Source: Dudresnaya verticillata (lineage: Eukaryota). Taken from it: a DNA stretch of 64,000 nt. The translations under genes and the position numbers were made by a program. The notes under the pieces were generated by a model. That model was not told the DNA's origin and did not search any database. It was given only the letters and a program-made list of their open reading frames with translations. Positions 1 to 11,616 of this stretch are shown here, one piece after another. How positions within the stretch are numbered: the first letter of the stretch is position 1; every line of letters begins with the position of its first letter. The stretch spans positions 806,001-870,000 of the forward strand of contig OZ374558.1 in assembly GCA_977862235.1 (NCBI GenBank). Reading direction: 5' to 3'.

Positions 1-2
1 AC

Positions 3-2522
3 GCTCCTTCACACTGCGCCGTTTGCGATACGGAGGACTTCCTCGAATTGGATGACGCCGTCGCCGATCGCCTCCTCCTGGCGAATCCGCCTTCATCACA
101 GCCCGAGCTCTTGCGCCCTATCACGACGGAAGAGCTTCTTCAAACGCAACTAGCAGATGCTTTCTGCACCTCCCTGCGTTCTCGTCTTAACGGGGGGGAG
201 GGGTTACCGTTCGCGCTGGACGAGACAGGAGTCCTCATTCGAACACGAGAGGCACTTCCTCAAATTGTAATACCATTTACTCTTCGCGCACGTGTGCTAC
301 ACCTGGCAAACTTCCCGAAACTATCCGGACATCCTGGTGGTCGCAAGATGTACTACTCACTCCGTAGATCATTCTACTGGCCTTCCATGGCTGTGGACTG
401 TTACGCCACCGTAAGAAACTGCACAACCTGTGCACGCAATCGCGTTATGCTACGCCGTAATACAAAGCACATGAAGCTGTTTCCAGCAAAAGCACCCCTG
501 GAGTTTGTCTCCATTGACATCTATGGCGAACTGATTCGCACGAAACGAGGCAATCGCTTCCTCTTGGTCATCACAGACCGTTTCTCCAAACTCGTTCGGA
601 CAGTTCCGATGAAGAAGATTACGGCTGCGAAAGTTGCCGAAGCGTTCATTACGCATTGGGTCTACGTCTACGGACCCCCGTTGTACCTACTATCGGATAA
701 TGGCGGACAATTTGCCGCAAAGTTGTTTCAGTCGTTATGTGGAACTTTGGGGATCAAAAACCTCTTTACTACAACCTATCACCCCTAATGCAATGGGCAG
801 GTTGAGCGGTTCAACCGCACCATGCGCGCCGCGCTACTGCACTACGTTGCGGACCACCCGCGTGAATGGGATTTATTCTCAGATGCCATCACCTACGCGT
901 ACAATACGCAAGTTCATTCTACCACGAACCTGGCCCCCTTCCAACTGGTACTTTCCAGGCCTCCATCCGCTCTAAGCGTCGAGGCACATCCCTCACTGGA
1001 ACCAGTGCCGAGTTCGGCTACATTCCACGCCAAGTGGCAATCCTGGCTCACAGGACTACTGTCAACGGCCACGAAAGGCGTTGACCAGACACAAGCGCGA
1101 TACAAGCGCAATTTCGATAACAGGGTACGTCCCTCACGCGACGTCATCGGAGAAGACTCCTACGTCTACGTACGCAAGGAGTACTATGATAAGGATACCC
1201 CAAAACACAAACTGGCGCCTATCGCCGACGGCCCCGATCGCGTGAGTGACGCAAATGATAAGACGGTCACCGTCGAGAAGGACGGACCTGAATACGAGCG
1301 GATTTCCCGCGACAGAGTCGTGTTGGCACCCGCCCCACCAAGGGATGCGACCAACCAAGCCAATGCCGAAGGGACAGCAGGCCCGACAGATGCGGATTTA
1401 CCACCAACGAACGATCTCAATAACGATCATACTCGAGTACAGTACTCTGAAGGAGCTACTGTGTTTCACGGGGAAAATGCCCCAATTACTTTTCATGCTG
1501 TAGCGCCAGCCATACAGCCACGCAATGATCGCGGGCTGGCGGATTTACCACCGCTGACGGTACCCGGGCGCACTGCTGGCGTCCGAATGCGGACTACCGC
1601 AATACATTCACCACCGACCACACGCGCTGAATCCGCTGTCTGCACGCCAACCCCTGCTCCCGCAAACCCGAAGCCGGGATCTGAGCCAGCAAACGAAGCC
1701 CTCGCCGACGGGCACCCCATTGCGGATCAACCGCACTCCGCTTCGGCAAGTGCCAAGGCCGTCAACGGTACAGTAGGGGAGGAAATGCCTCGTCAGCAGC
1801 AATCTGCACCCAACACCGGCACAACTGCCGCCCCGGTAAATATTACTCAAGGGGAGCCCCTCTCACAACGAACGAGAACTACCCTTGATAATGTGGACAT
1901 TCCACAAGGAGAAACAAAGCCGGGGCCCCCTAGTCAGGCCGAAACCCGACGCGTTGATGGTAAGGATCACGCCCTCAAAAGCGCGACACGCGATGTGTCG
2001 CCAGGCGCATTGAGAACGCAAGATCATCCCAAGGAGAATTCTCCACGCCCATCAGGAAAGAGCGTCACATTTGACGACAGCATTAGGGAAATCCCTACGC
2101 GGCCTCTCGTGAGCCAGAACCTCGGGCCAGAAGCGTCAGACCGCAATCAAGAAGCAACCGCGACCATTGGCACGCCAAGCCCCAGACGGAGTCATCGTCT
2201 TGCTGCCGTCGCGCCACGAGTGTCAGAAACGGACACTCGGCAAGAGGATCCACCTCAAGCACAGACGCCTGATGACAACCTGCCATCAAGGCATCGACGC
2301 AATGCAGACACTCCGCAACGTGACGAGTATGTCATCGAAAAAGTGGTGAACCACAGATACGTTAATACAGAGTTGCTGTTTGAAGTCAAATGGTACGGCT
2401 ATCCGTCTTCGCAAAATACATGGGAACCCATTCAACACTTACCGCGGAGCCAAATCGTCTCCTATTGCAAAAGAAAGCGTCTCGGGATCCCCGCTACCAT
2501 TCGGAAAGCAATGGTGGGCTAA
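3..2522 (+). pseudogene. pol: pol C-terminus of element 1: integrase with a long low-complexity linker and C-terminal chromodomain; in-frame stop at 786-788
   Basis: GHPGG..CTTC, IDIYG, TDRFSK, SDNG, VERFNRT motifs; YVIEKVV..FEVKWYGYPSSQNTWEP chromodomain; YHP*CNG where element 2 has YHPQCNG; ORFs 48..788 and 822..2522 are in the same frame. Confidence 0.93.
186..200 (+). promoter_or_regulatory. Candidate central polypurine tract (exact copy of the 3' PPT)
   Basis: CTTAACGGGGGGGAG identical to 6138-6152. Confidence 0.6.
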
Positions 2523-4294
2523 GCCACCGGGCCCACGTGGGCGAACTCATATGCGAGCATACGAGAAGCCGACCACTGCAGGCGCCCAAATAATGTGGCG
2601 GGACCACAGTAGCGATCGATACACTGTATCACTATAAGTCACGTGACACGGGACACATGCCACTACGTCATTGGGTCATGTTGGTGCCGACTCCCCCGCC
2701 TCCAATCATACACGCCCTGAGTATGCACTATGACCCGCCTTAGCGGACTGCCGCAGGAAACCACCATCATCCTCCGCAAGTCGACTGCGACTAAGTCGGC
2801 ATAGGCAATGATGCCCGAAACGTAATTCCGTGCTGACCACCCCGAGCCGCTAACGGCCTTGAGCACCCGCTCCCCCGTCAATAGGGGAACGCCTTGGTGC
2901 AGGTCATACACAATAAGCGGAAGTCCGCATCGCAGGGCGTTCGCGTCGAAACACCACGCAACGCCCACGACCCTTCTGGTATGGACGCCCCATAATTCCC
3001 CTATTGGTCAAACCACTAAGGCACGTCTCTACACAGACCGCCGCAATTCGCAGCCGCGCACTACCTCTGCCTACTAGTCGTCTCCGACTGACCCTACCTA
3101 AGCAGTTATGTCTATAACGGGATTCCGTATTCACGATGTTTAATAACTTCTGACAGGCCATTAGACGCCCGCTCGCACAAGGGGAGGGGACGTCTTCATA
3201 CCAGGCGTGCACTAAAAGTGGAATTCCACCTCGCGAGTCGTACGCATCAAACACGATCGCGTCGACGCGATGCCCCTACCTCGCTACGATGTGGTGTCCC
3301 ACGAAACCCATTTTATGCCCGACAATTGGGGAACTCCCCTACAAAGGCCACAACCAACTACTGCCGCGCACTACCTCCGCCTATGTGTGCTCATGCGGCA
3401 TCCACCGCTACAAGCGTTTGGGATAAGTGGTATTCCACACGACCGAGCCTTTGAGCTCAGGCCCTTCAACGCCCCTACAGTGGGCATGGCGCTAATTCGC
3501 GTGGCATTCCACTCATCACGACGCCGACGTCCTTTTTCGCGTCGATCTCGACTCGACGTTGACAGGCGGGTTCGCCCTAACGCATTATCGTCCCGCTACT
3601 CCGGTAGACGCCCACACGAACGGGTTAGCATGCGCAATGGGCAAACACAACTTGGAACAGAATTCTGTGCACACAACTGATGTGGCTAGACCACAGTACG
3701 ATGCTGGCCCACTGTGCCCGCTGCAGTGCACGTGCAAGTCACGTGCCCCAGGCCGCGCTAACACCTCCTATTGGGCAACAACGGTGCCGAATTGCCCCGC
3801 ACCAATCATCGGCGTCCTATGGCGCACAGCGGCGCACCCTAGCGGACAACCGCAACTGCTCCTCGTCTTCGCTCCCAGGTCGCTCACGACTAAGTCGAAA
3901 TCTGGAGCTATGAGCAAAACGGGCTTCCGTGTTTACTACCCCTAGCCGCCAACGGCCTTGAGCATTGGGAACTCCAGCAACTGGGGGACCATTACGTCCA
4001 AGTCGCTAACGAAACGTGTAATTCCACACCATATGGCGCGCGCTTCAGCGACGACATGCACGTCTCGTCGCTAGTCGACAACAGCCCGTTTGGGATACTT
4101 CGCCGCGCGCAACCAAAAGGGAATTCCCCTATCCAGCGACGCATCTTCGTGGCGTCACAGCAAAGGCAACATATCGGCTAAGACAACAAACAGGCAAACT
4201 TTAATAAGTCCTGATCATGGCGGCGCTCTCCCTACTACAGCGCATGGGCTACTCCCACAGGGTCGGTTGCCCCACGCCAAATGTCGACGCTCGA

Positions 4295-5980
4295 CTAGAC
4301 ATCAGCAGGCCCGCTTGGGCCTGCTTCGTCCTCACCATCCAGGTTATACCCTTTACCCACGGCGACCTCGAGGAGCTCCTCATCACTGCCGCGAATGGCA
4401 ATCTCGGGAATTCCCGTTCTACGCAAAAAGCCGATTACGGCAATGCGCTGACTGAAGCTCAGTCGCACGCGACGTGCGCGAGGCTGGTCTTCCGGATCAG
4501 GCGACGGCGGCCGAATAGCGGGCGGCCGAACGATTGGCACGCTCGCAATCACGGCGCCGCGGCCGCCGCCACTTGCTTCACCCATGCCGGCCGCCCCTCC
4601 CGCCGCCCCGCCCTGAGCCTCATCGGCCGGCACTGCCGTAACCGGGCATTCTCCATCAACCGGCGCGTCAATCGTCATCGTGTCATCATCGGGGATTTCC
4701 CCATTACTACCCAAATCGGAGGATTGTTCCTCGTAATCCGACTCCGCAACACCACCCGTCTCGGGGCCCACCAGGTAGCCTCGCGGCTGACCCGGCGGCA
4801 TCGAACGCGGGTGGCTACGCAACCAAGCGGCCCGGTCCGCGGCAACGAAAGTTCGCGTCCAAGGGTCGAACCAAGCCCAATCGCCGCAAGACGGGTGCCG
4901 ACGCCCCGGCGAGAAATTAGTCGATGAGGAACTCCTCTTGTTGTTACATAACGGGACCCGCTGGTCGTCATGGTCCCAATCGATTTGGGCATAAAAACCC
5001 AACAACACGCGGAACTCCGCTTCGTTGTTAACTCCACCGAGGACAATCCTCAAGTCCAACTGGTCAACGAGCGTCAGGACTATGGGAGATATGTACCACA
5101 TGCGGTACGTATCGTACAATTCCCACAGCCACTGCACAGCCGTTTTCGCCACGAACTCCGTGTAGTACACGGTCCACGGTCCCGACTGCGGGTAGCCGAT
5201 AACGGATGACATGGTGTAACTCACCGCGGGGGACAACTCGACGAGGAAACCCTCACAACACTCCACCAAGCCCCACTGTGGGACTGGCAGCCGCACATAA
5301 CATCGATCACGATAAGTGCGATGGATTGCGTCGATTTCGACATTCGGGTAGGGCACCAGGAAGCCCAGACGGGAACGAGCGCGACGCTCCCAACGAATCT
5401 TGTCCCAGTATGCGTTGTTCTCGCGTTTGCGCACAAAGCGGAATTCCGCACGAAGCTGCACGCCGAGTAACAGGGCCGATTGACGCACCCTGCGCTCGAC
5501 CCCATCCCACGCATGCGGGATGGGGAGGTTCTCCAAGGCATCAGCATAGGGGATTTCCCCAACGGTGCGATACACGCCCAGGTCAAGCCAATAACCATGT
5601 GGAATGACCACTCGGCAGGGAATGCGGGAAAGCCGCTGAAAGACCAAGCGGACATACCGCAACCTCGCCCTGCGTACGTCCTCCCCGCCGTGACGGCGGA
5701 TCCAATCGGGACGAATGGCGCCATGCCGACGCCAGTCGGGCGTCCTTAATACGCGCAGGGGAAGCTCCCCAGGAAGGAAACCGTCTTCCGAGACGTACTG
5801 CTCGATAAGAGCGTGGTTCCCGAAGTTATTGTGGAACATCCACGGCGCGTTTGCGAAGTCAATAAGGTCGCGCCAGGGCGTCTTGCCCTCAAAGTCGGCT
5901 GGCGTAGGATACGATGCAGATGTCTGCGGGGCGCGCAAAATCACGCGGTCTAGCTCCGCTAACGAGAAGTTCGGCGGCAT
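4295..5980 (-). CDS. Antisense accessory ORF of element 1, unknown function (frame open up to 6196; likely start MPPNF at 5980)
   Basis: Uninterrupted ~560-aa W/R/Y-rich ORF; aligns by eye with the element 2 antisense ORF (GFLPGELPL/GFLPGGLPL, YYTEFVA/FYTEWVA, VPLCNNKR/VPLGNNRR, CGDWAWFDPWTR/CGDWIHYNPWTK). Confidence 0.8.
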   Translation of the reverse strand: MPPNFSLAELDRVILRAPQTSASYPTPADFEGKTPWRDLIDFANAPWMFHNNFGNHALIEQYVSEDGFLPGELPLRVLRTPDWRRHGAIRPDWIRRHGGEDVRRARLRYVRLVFQRLSRIPCRVVIPHGYWLDLGVYRTVGEIPYADALENLPIPHAWDGVERRVRQSALLLGVQLRAEFRFVRKRENNAYWDKIRWERRARSRLGFLVPYPNVEIDAIHRTYRDRCYVRLPVPQWGLVECCEGFLVELSPAVSYTMSSVIGYPQSGPWTVYYTEFVAKTAVQWLWELYDTYRMWYISPIVLTLVDQLDLRIVLGGVNNEAEFRVLLGFYAQIDWDHDDQRVPLCNNKRSSSSTNFSPGRRHPSCGDWAWFDPWTRTFVAADRAAWLRSHPRSMPPGQPRGYLVGPETGGVAESDYEEQSSDLGSNGEIPDDDTMTIDAPVDGECPVTAVPADEAQGGAAGGAAGMGEASGGGRGAVIASVPIVRPPAIRPPSPDPEDQPRARRVRLSFSQRIAVIGFLRRTGIPEIAIRGSDEELLEVAVGKGYNLDGEDEAGPSGPADV

Positions 5981-6137
5981 GGTTCGACGCGGAATGCCAC
6001 AAGCCAGCCCGGAACGACACGCGGGGGTCCCGCAAGAGCAAAACGCGCTACCACGCAGCAACGCCGCAAAGAGAGAAAGTAGCACCAACCTGCGAAGGCT
6101 GGGTCTGCTGAGTGTGGGCTCGTGCGGATACTCGCCG

Positions 6138-6153
6138 CTTAACGGGGGGGAGA
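6138..6153 (+). promoter_or_regulatory. Polypurine tract of element 1
   Basis: CTTAACGGGGGGGAGA directly before the LTR start TGTGG. Confidence 0.85.
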
Positions 6154-6927
6154 TGTGGCGCAAATCGCTATGGCGCCCTACTGAAGAATTCTTCATAATG
6201 TCGCTAACCGCAGCTCACGCGACTGCGGGCGACGGACGCACAGCGGCCGGTTCCTGCGGATCAACCGCTGTGCGGGTGATTGAGCTCAGAGCCAATTTCT
6301 ACAATGAGCTCTGGCACCACGCGCACGCACCAGCAATGCTAATGGGGAAATGCCTCTGTAAGACGCCCGGCCTGACAGTACGCGGCGCCCTCTGCCAGCA
6401 AGGATGGCCCCGCAACGCGACAGCGCGTACACGTGCACACGTGCGCCCACTTGGCGCGTACCTTTCAGCCGCACTACCGCTAGGCTGACAGTTGATATTT
6501 TTAGATAATTGTAGAATTGCGCGCGCCACGTAATGCCAAGTGGCGCGCCCCCTTCCCTTACTTTAATCCGCCACCAAGGCGCACCCGCCTCCTACATAGT
6601 ATAATAGGGCCCTGAGGTGCGCCCTCATATAGTAAACGGCTAAGCTTGGGCCCAGCGAGACGTACCCTCCTACCCTATCGACTCCCTCCTTAGGCTGGAC
6701 TCCAGTACATCCGCTACCCTTCTTCATCGTACAGAATCCTGTTTTTCCTTTATTTTCTCTTGCTTTTTCCTTCTTTCTAGGGAACCTCCGTTTTTCTGTC
6801 TTTTGGTGTTTTACAGTCACACCAAGGGGCATTCCCCAGCTCTACCAACCAGCCCTCGCTACCCACGGGCCCCCGAACAGCCCGAGGTGTATCCTCTGTC
6901 GTTTCTTCCTCAGTGGATTGCACCACA
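6154..6927 (+). repeat. 3' LTR of element 1 (774 bp)
   Basis: TG...CA ends with 9/10 inverted repeat TGTGGCGCAA/TTGCACCACA; preceded by PPT; CT-rich segment inside. Confidence 0.85.
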
Positions 6928-7510
6928 GAAAGAGTTGGTCCACTCCTTCGTTACGCCGTCATGCGCAAAATGAAAGCAGCTGCTAGCAAGCAACTCCTTT
7001 AGCCTAGGCTACAGCCTGCAGGCAGAAACCATGGTTTCAATCTTCAGCCGCAGCTTTGTAGCTGCATAGGTCTTGTATGAGAGCACAGCGCGGAGCACAA
7101 TTGTGCTGTTATGTTGCGAAGGCCTAGCTCCTCGCATGCTGCAGCTTGCAAGCTTAAGCGTTTGTACCACAATTGTACCAGGTAGAAAGAGTGGGCCCAC
7201 TCCTTCGTTACGCCGTCGTGCGCAAAATGAAAGCAGCTGCTAGCAAGCAACTTCTTTAGCATAGGCCACAGTCTGGTTTCAATCTTCAGCCGCAGCTATG
7301 TAGCTGCACAGCTCTTATATGCGAGTACAGCGCGGAGCACAATTGTGCTGTTATGTTGCGAAGGCCTAGCTCCTCGCAGCTTGCAAGCTTAAGCTTTTGT
7401 ACCACAATTGTACCAGGTAGAAAGAGTGGGCCCACTCCTTCATTATGCGGTCGTGCACAAAATGAAAGCAGCTGCTAGCAAGCAACTGCTTTAGCCTAGG
7501 CTATAGCCTG
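6928..7510. repeat. Tandem repeat, ~235-257 bp unit, ~2.4 copies
   Basis: Units begin GAAAGAGT..CCACTCCTTC at 6928, 7185 and 7420. Confidence 0.9.
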
Positions 7511-7672
7511 GTTGTAACCAAGCAATGTGAGCAACAGCAGCAAGCAACTGCTTGACAACAGGCAACAGCCTGGTTGCAACCAAGAAAAGGGTTAAACAGG
7601 AGCTAGCAGCTAGCTAGCAGGTCATTATTTACATGTAAAGCTTTGCAAAGATAGATGACAACTGAAGGACAA

Positions 7673-10295
7673 TCAGTAGCGGCCCGGGCCCGGGTTGCGA
7701 CTCGGACCAGCTCTTCTATCGCAGCCTCGCGGTAGGAACGGCATGTACGGGTGGGCCTCGCCTCTCGGGTGAGCATCGCCTCTCGGGTGAACATCGTCCC
7801 TCGGGTGAGCCTCGCCTCTGGGGTGTCGCTCGCAGTCGACACCCGGCTCATGCGCACGTTCAACTTCCGTGTAACGGTCATCACGATGATAGGCGTATCC
7901 TGAGCGGTCCGCGTTATGGCCGTTACGGTACGGCGCTTCGTACTCGCGGCGGCCGCCGCCACCCCTTGTGGTACCATAGCTATGCATAGGAGGCCCGGGC
8001 CTCGGATGGCCATCGGTCATATGATCATAAGGGCCGCCACGAAACCTGCCAGCGTTATTAACTTGGTAGTTCCCGCGGTCGTATCCGTCATAGTTGTCGC
8101 GGTCGTACCCACGATAGTTGCCACGGTCGTGCACGAGGGTGTCCCCTTGGTAGTTGCCGCGGTCGGGCCCTTGATAGTTGCCACGGTCGTACCCTTCATA
8201 GGTGCGACGGGCACGACCCTCATCATGGACATGTCGAGGTTGCATGAACTCATTACGCCCACCTTGCGTAGGCCCACGTGGGGCACACGGGTCGCGATAC
8301 CCCGGGCCCTGAGCAGGAGGCCTTGCGGCAGGCCGGCAGGAGGGCCCTCCATCACCCACTCTCCCAACGAACTGTGCTAAGTCATCTCTCTCGGCACGTA
8401 GCGCTTCCATGGAGAACATAACCTCATTAAGGTTCCGCGTCGTGTGTGTTACCGTCTCGAAAAGCTTTCTCGCCAGCCTCTCAACAGTAATGAAGTCATG
8501 GTGTATCCAACCTTGCAGCCTGATGTATGTTTCCAGGCCTGGAATCTCGGCCAAGTCTCTGAGGCCGATGCGCAGTGGGAGTGGGGTGGAGGCGCGCATT
8601 TCCTGCCGACGGACTTGACGAACGCTGAGCTTGATATGACGGCACTTCGAGTCAAGCATGACCTTCCTCCCGGCCGGGGGGTTCCCAACGATGTTGCCAG
8701 TTCCGATAACACTGTTAACGAAGAAGCTACGTGTCAGACCTTCGAACGGTAACATCAACTCGTTCCGCTTCGACACGTCCATCGCATTCGCAGCTAGCAT
8801 CCGCGAAATGACAACATCACAGTCAATTCTGGTGCATGGAAAACCCTTCCCATTCATGCTAACAATCTCAACATCTCCCACAACCTGCTTGATCGTGTGG
8901 TTGGTTTCCCTTTCCAAGATGAACGCGCGGCCGCCGCGAATCGCCTCATTATGCCAGGTAGCGGCTAGGAGACCAAGAAACTCAACCTTGAGGATCTCCT
9001 TCAAGCGCTCACGTCTATCCAGTTACTGCCGTCAACCATTTCCTGGTGATAGTACCACACACAAGGGGGGAGGGGGACTGGAAGAGTTGCTGGTACCTTG
9101 AGGTTGGCCAACCACACAGGCGTCGCCGGGAAGACCTTCCTCATCTCCTGAAGTGTGTAGCGCTTTGTCTCATACGCGTCAAAAGGCATGAACAGACCAA
9201 AGGATTCTCGGGCCCAAGCTTCATAGACGAACTCGGGTCTGTACCTGAATCCATTCCACCAACGGCCTAGAATGGGGTCACTGAACAGAGGGTGGTCTTT
9301 AGCGCAGCGCGGCAGCAGCTCTTGCAAGTACACGTCCATCTCATCATTGTAGTAACACTCCACCTCACCCCTAGCTAATGTTCTGTCGACCTGCATCGTG
9401 TTCGGAAGTCGATACCATGGTCGCTCGGCAGTCATGAGAGACCATGCATCATTCGCTGATTGCTGATCCTGCTCGTAGAGGTTCAGATACCGCTTCGCGT
9501 CTGCTTTCATGCCGGTGAGCTCCCGCTTGACATAATGTGTGAACGACATGACGCGGAGCACTCCAGCACTCCACGAATGTCTTGCGCTCAACCGGCGCTT
9601 ATCAAGTGCCATCGCATCAAGATTGTCCCTCCATTCGGGAGGAGCCCCTTCCCGTCCTCCACGCGGCTGCATGCGTGGCAGCTTCGCCCACGTGGAATTG
9701 AAGGTTGGTACAACAGCAACCTGAGCATCATGCGCGGCTGCGCCATGCCCATGGGGACCATCCATTGCGCGTGACGATTACATTCGCATTTCTCCTGGAG
9801 TGCTTTGAATAACGCGCATCGACTCCGCGAAAGTCAGGTACGGAACAGGCGTTGCCTGCATCTGCAATGGCGTTCCTGGCCTATCATCTCGAACCGCAGC
9901 AGAACCTTGAGCAGCGCGAACAGCGGCCGCTGGCCCAGACCTTGGCGCCTCACCAGGCGCGCCTCGTCGCGACGACGTGGCTTGACTTGTGCCCTTCGCG
10001 GCAGACCTTTTCCTCTTTCCCTGCCAATCTGTGTCCTGGGCGGCCGCCCTTTTCCGCTTTCCCAGCGATGGAAGTTCTTCCAGGTCTGGTAGTTCCTCGG
10101 CGGTATTGTAGGGACCATAGCTCTTCCGCAGTTTGGTCAACTGGGCTTCATTATCGACATCAATGACATCACTGAGCTCTCCATCTTCATCGGCTTGTGA
10201 TTCCCCACCCTGGGTACTCTTCTGTGCTCGCACCCCGACCGGGGTCTTGCTCGCAGGCTGGACGTCTGCAGCCTTGTTAGCAACCTCCGACGCAG
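7673..10295 (-). pseudogene. Broken long ORF, divergent third member of the antisense-ORF family; 5' end cut by element 2
   Basis: 9778..10295 and 9001..9765 are in frame across one TAA; frameshift near 9020 into 7673..9004; motifs YEAWARESFGLFMPF, PVW..LPPCVWY and VEFLGLLAATWHNE..R..L align with the two Gypsy antisense ORFs. Confidence 0.65.
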
Positions 10296-11148
10296 TGTGG
10301 TGCAAAACGTCTGTAGACGATGGACCGCCGAGCAGTTCGGGGCTCGGTGGGTAGCTGCGCCCTTGGCGAGGGGTGGTCCCGCCGTGGGCGACTTGGTGGT
10401 AGAGCAAAGGAAAACGCCTTGGGCGGACTGTAGACGCCCGAGGCGGAAGGTGTGAAGGAAGGGAAAAGGAAACAGAAAGGAACAAAAGGAAAGCACGTCA
10501 AGGACGGGTAGAGACGTGGAAGCACGGGAGGTAGACGCTTAGCCGTAGGCAGCGGTAGGGTACGCGCGAGCGGAACGGGAAGTCTGGACCAAGACCGGCT
10601 TGTCCGGGGTTTACTCAGCGTCGTAGACGGATTACCCAATATACTACGTGAGCGACGGCGGTAGGCGCGGTGCGCGGGAACTCAGGACGCGTGTCACGTC
10701 GTCGAGCGTCTGACACGTCGTCGTCGCCATGCAGCCGCGCGCGCGGGAGCTCAGGAGTAGCTTACAGGCGCATGCGTGTAGCGTTGCGGGTGATCCGGAT
10801 TCGGATCCAGATCCCGGCCAGCATTGCTGGCGCGCGGCCCTTACAGGCGCGCTCCTTACATCACTGTGGATCCGGATGCCGGATCTCGAAGTTCCATCCG
10901 GATCCGATCTGGATCCGGGCCAAGCTTACAGGCGGGCGCCCTGCGCCCGGCCGATCGGGATCGTGCATCCGGATCTGGCCGTACAGTGGGCGCGTGCGCC
11001 GCGCCGCGCGGGGTAACGGCGGCCGTATGCCCGTGGGCCAATCGCCGATGACGTGTTCGCGCGCCAACGGCGGTGGACGTCCCGTCGGTGGACGTTGGCA
11101 TATAATACGCTCAGAGCGAAAACGGGGCAGCCCTCACCTTGCACCACA
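10296..11148 (-). repeat. 3' LTR of element 2 (853 bp)
   Basis: TGTGGTGCAA...TTGCACCACA perfect 10-bp inverted ends; direct repeat of 22829-23682. Confidence 0.96.
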
Positions 11149-11160
11149 CGACCCCCTCGC
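11149..11160 (-). promoter_or_regulatory. Polypurine tract of element 2
   Basis: Minus strand GCGAGGGGGTCG abutting the 3' LTR. Confidence 0.7.
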
Positions 11161-11616
11161 AAAACGCGAACACGTCCGTCGCAAGCTTGCGTTTCTTCTG
11201 CGGGTCCCACATCGTTGTGCGTGCGTTCCTGCGTTCCGGCTGTGCCGTGCTAACTTAGCGTCCTGCGCGTTGCGTCCGGCGAGCTCTCTCCCTCGTGCGT
11301 GCTTTTTCGCCGTACACCATCGCCGTTGGCGCCTTGCGAATCCCGTCAACGACGCCACATCCACTTCGTCGCCTAGGGCGTTTCCGTTGCATCGTCGTCG
11401 ACGAGTTGTTGTGAGTCTGTGCGAAGCTCATCGCCCAAGGCGCAGGTGTTTCCCGTCTGTGACGCAGCTTCATCGTAGCCGCCCGTAGCGCAGAACAAAA
11501 GGCGTCTTTGACGTAAGCAAAAAGTATAACCGCCTGTGGCGTGGGGCAAGAGTCGTCGTTGACGTTTGTTTGACCTTAAGCGCCAGTGGCGTAAACGAAG
11601 TTGCGTCGTCGACGAG

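Larger units (their letters stand above)
1..6927 (+). mobile_element. Ty3/Gypsy chromovirus LTR retrotransposon, element 1 (3' half; 5' part outside window)
   Basis: Integrase plus chromodomain ORF, internal spacer, antisense ORF, PPT and an LTR bounded by TGTGGCGCAA...TTGCACCACA. Confidence 0.93.

Noticed and set aside
6928..7510. CRISPR-like array
   Set aside because: Long homologous units with no unique spacers, no cas genes, eukaryotic context
9778..10485. 235-aa ORF as a standalone gene
   Set aside because: Chimeric: the first ~63 codons come from the LTR and the rest belongs to the broken ORF 7673-10295
10670..11488. ORFs inside the LTRs (also 23204..23611 and 5715..6488)
   Set aside because: GC-rich LTR or antisense shadow frames with no recognisable domain
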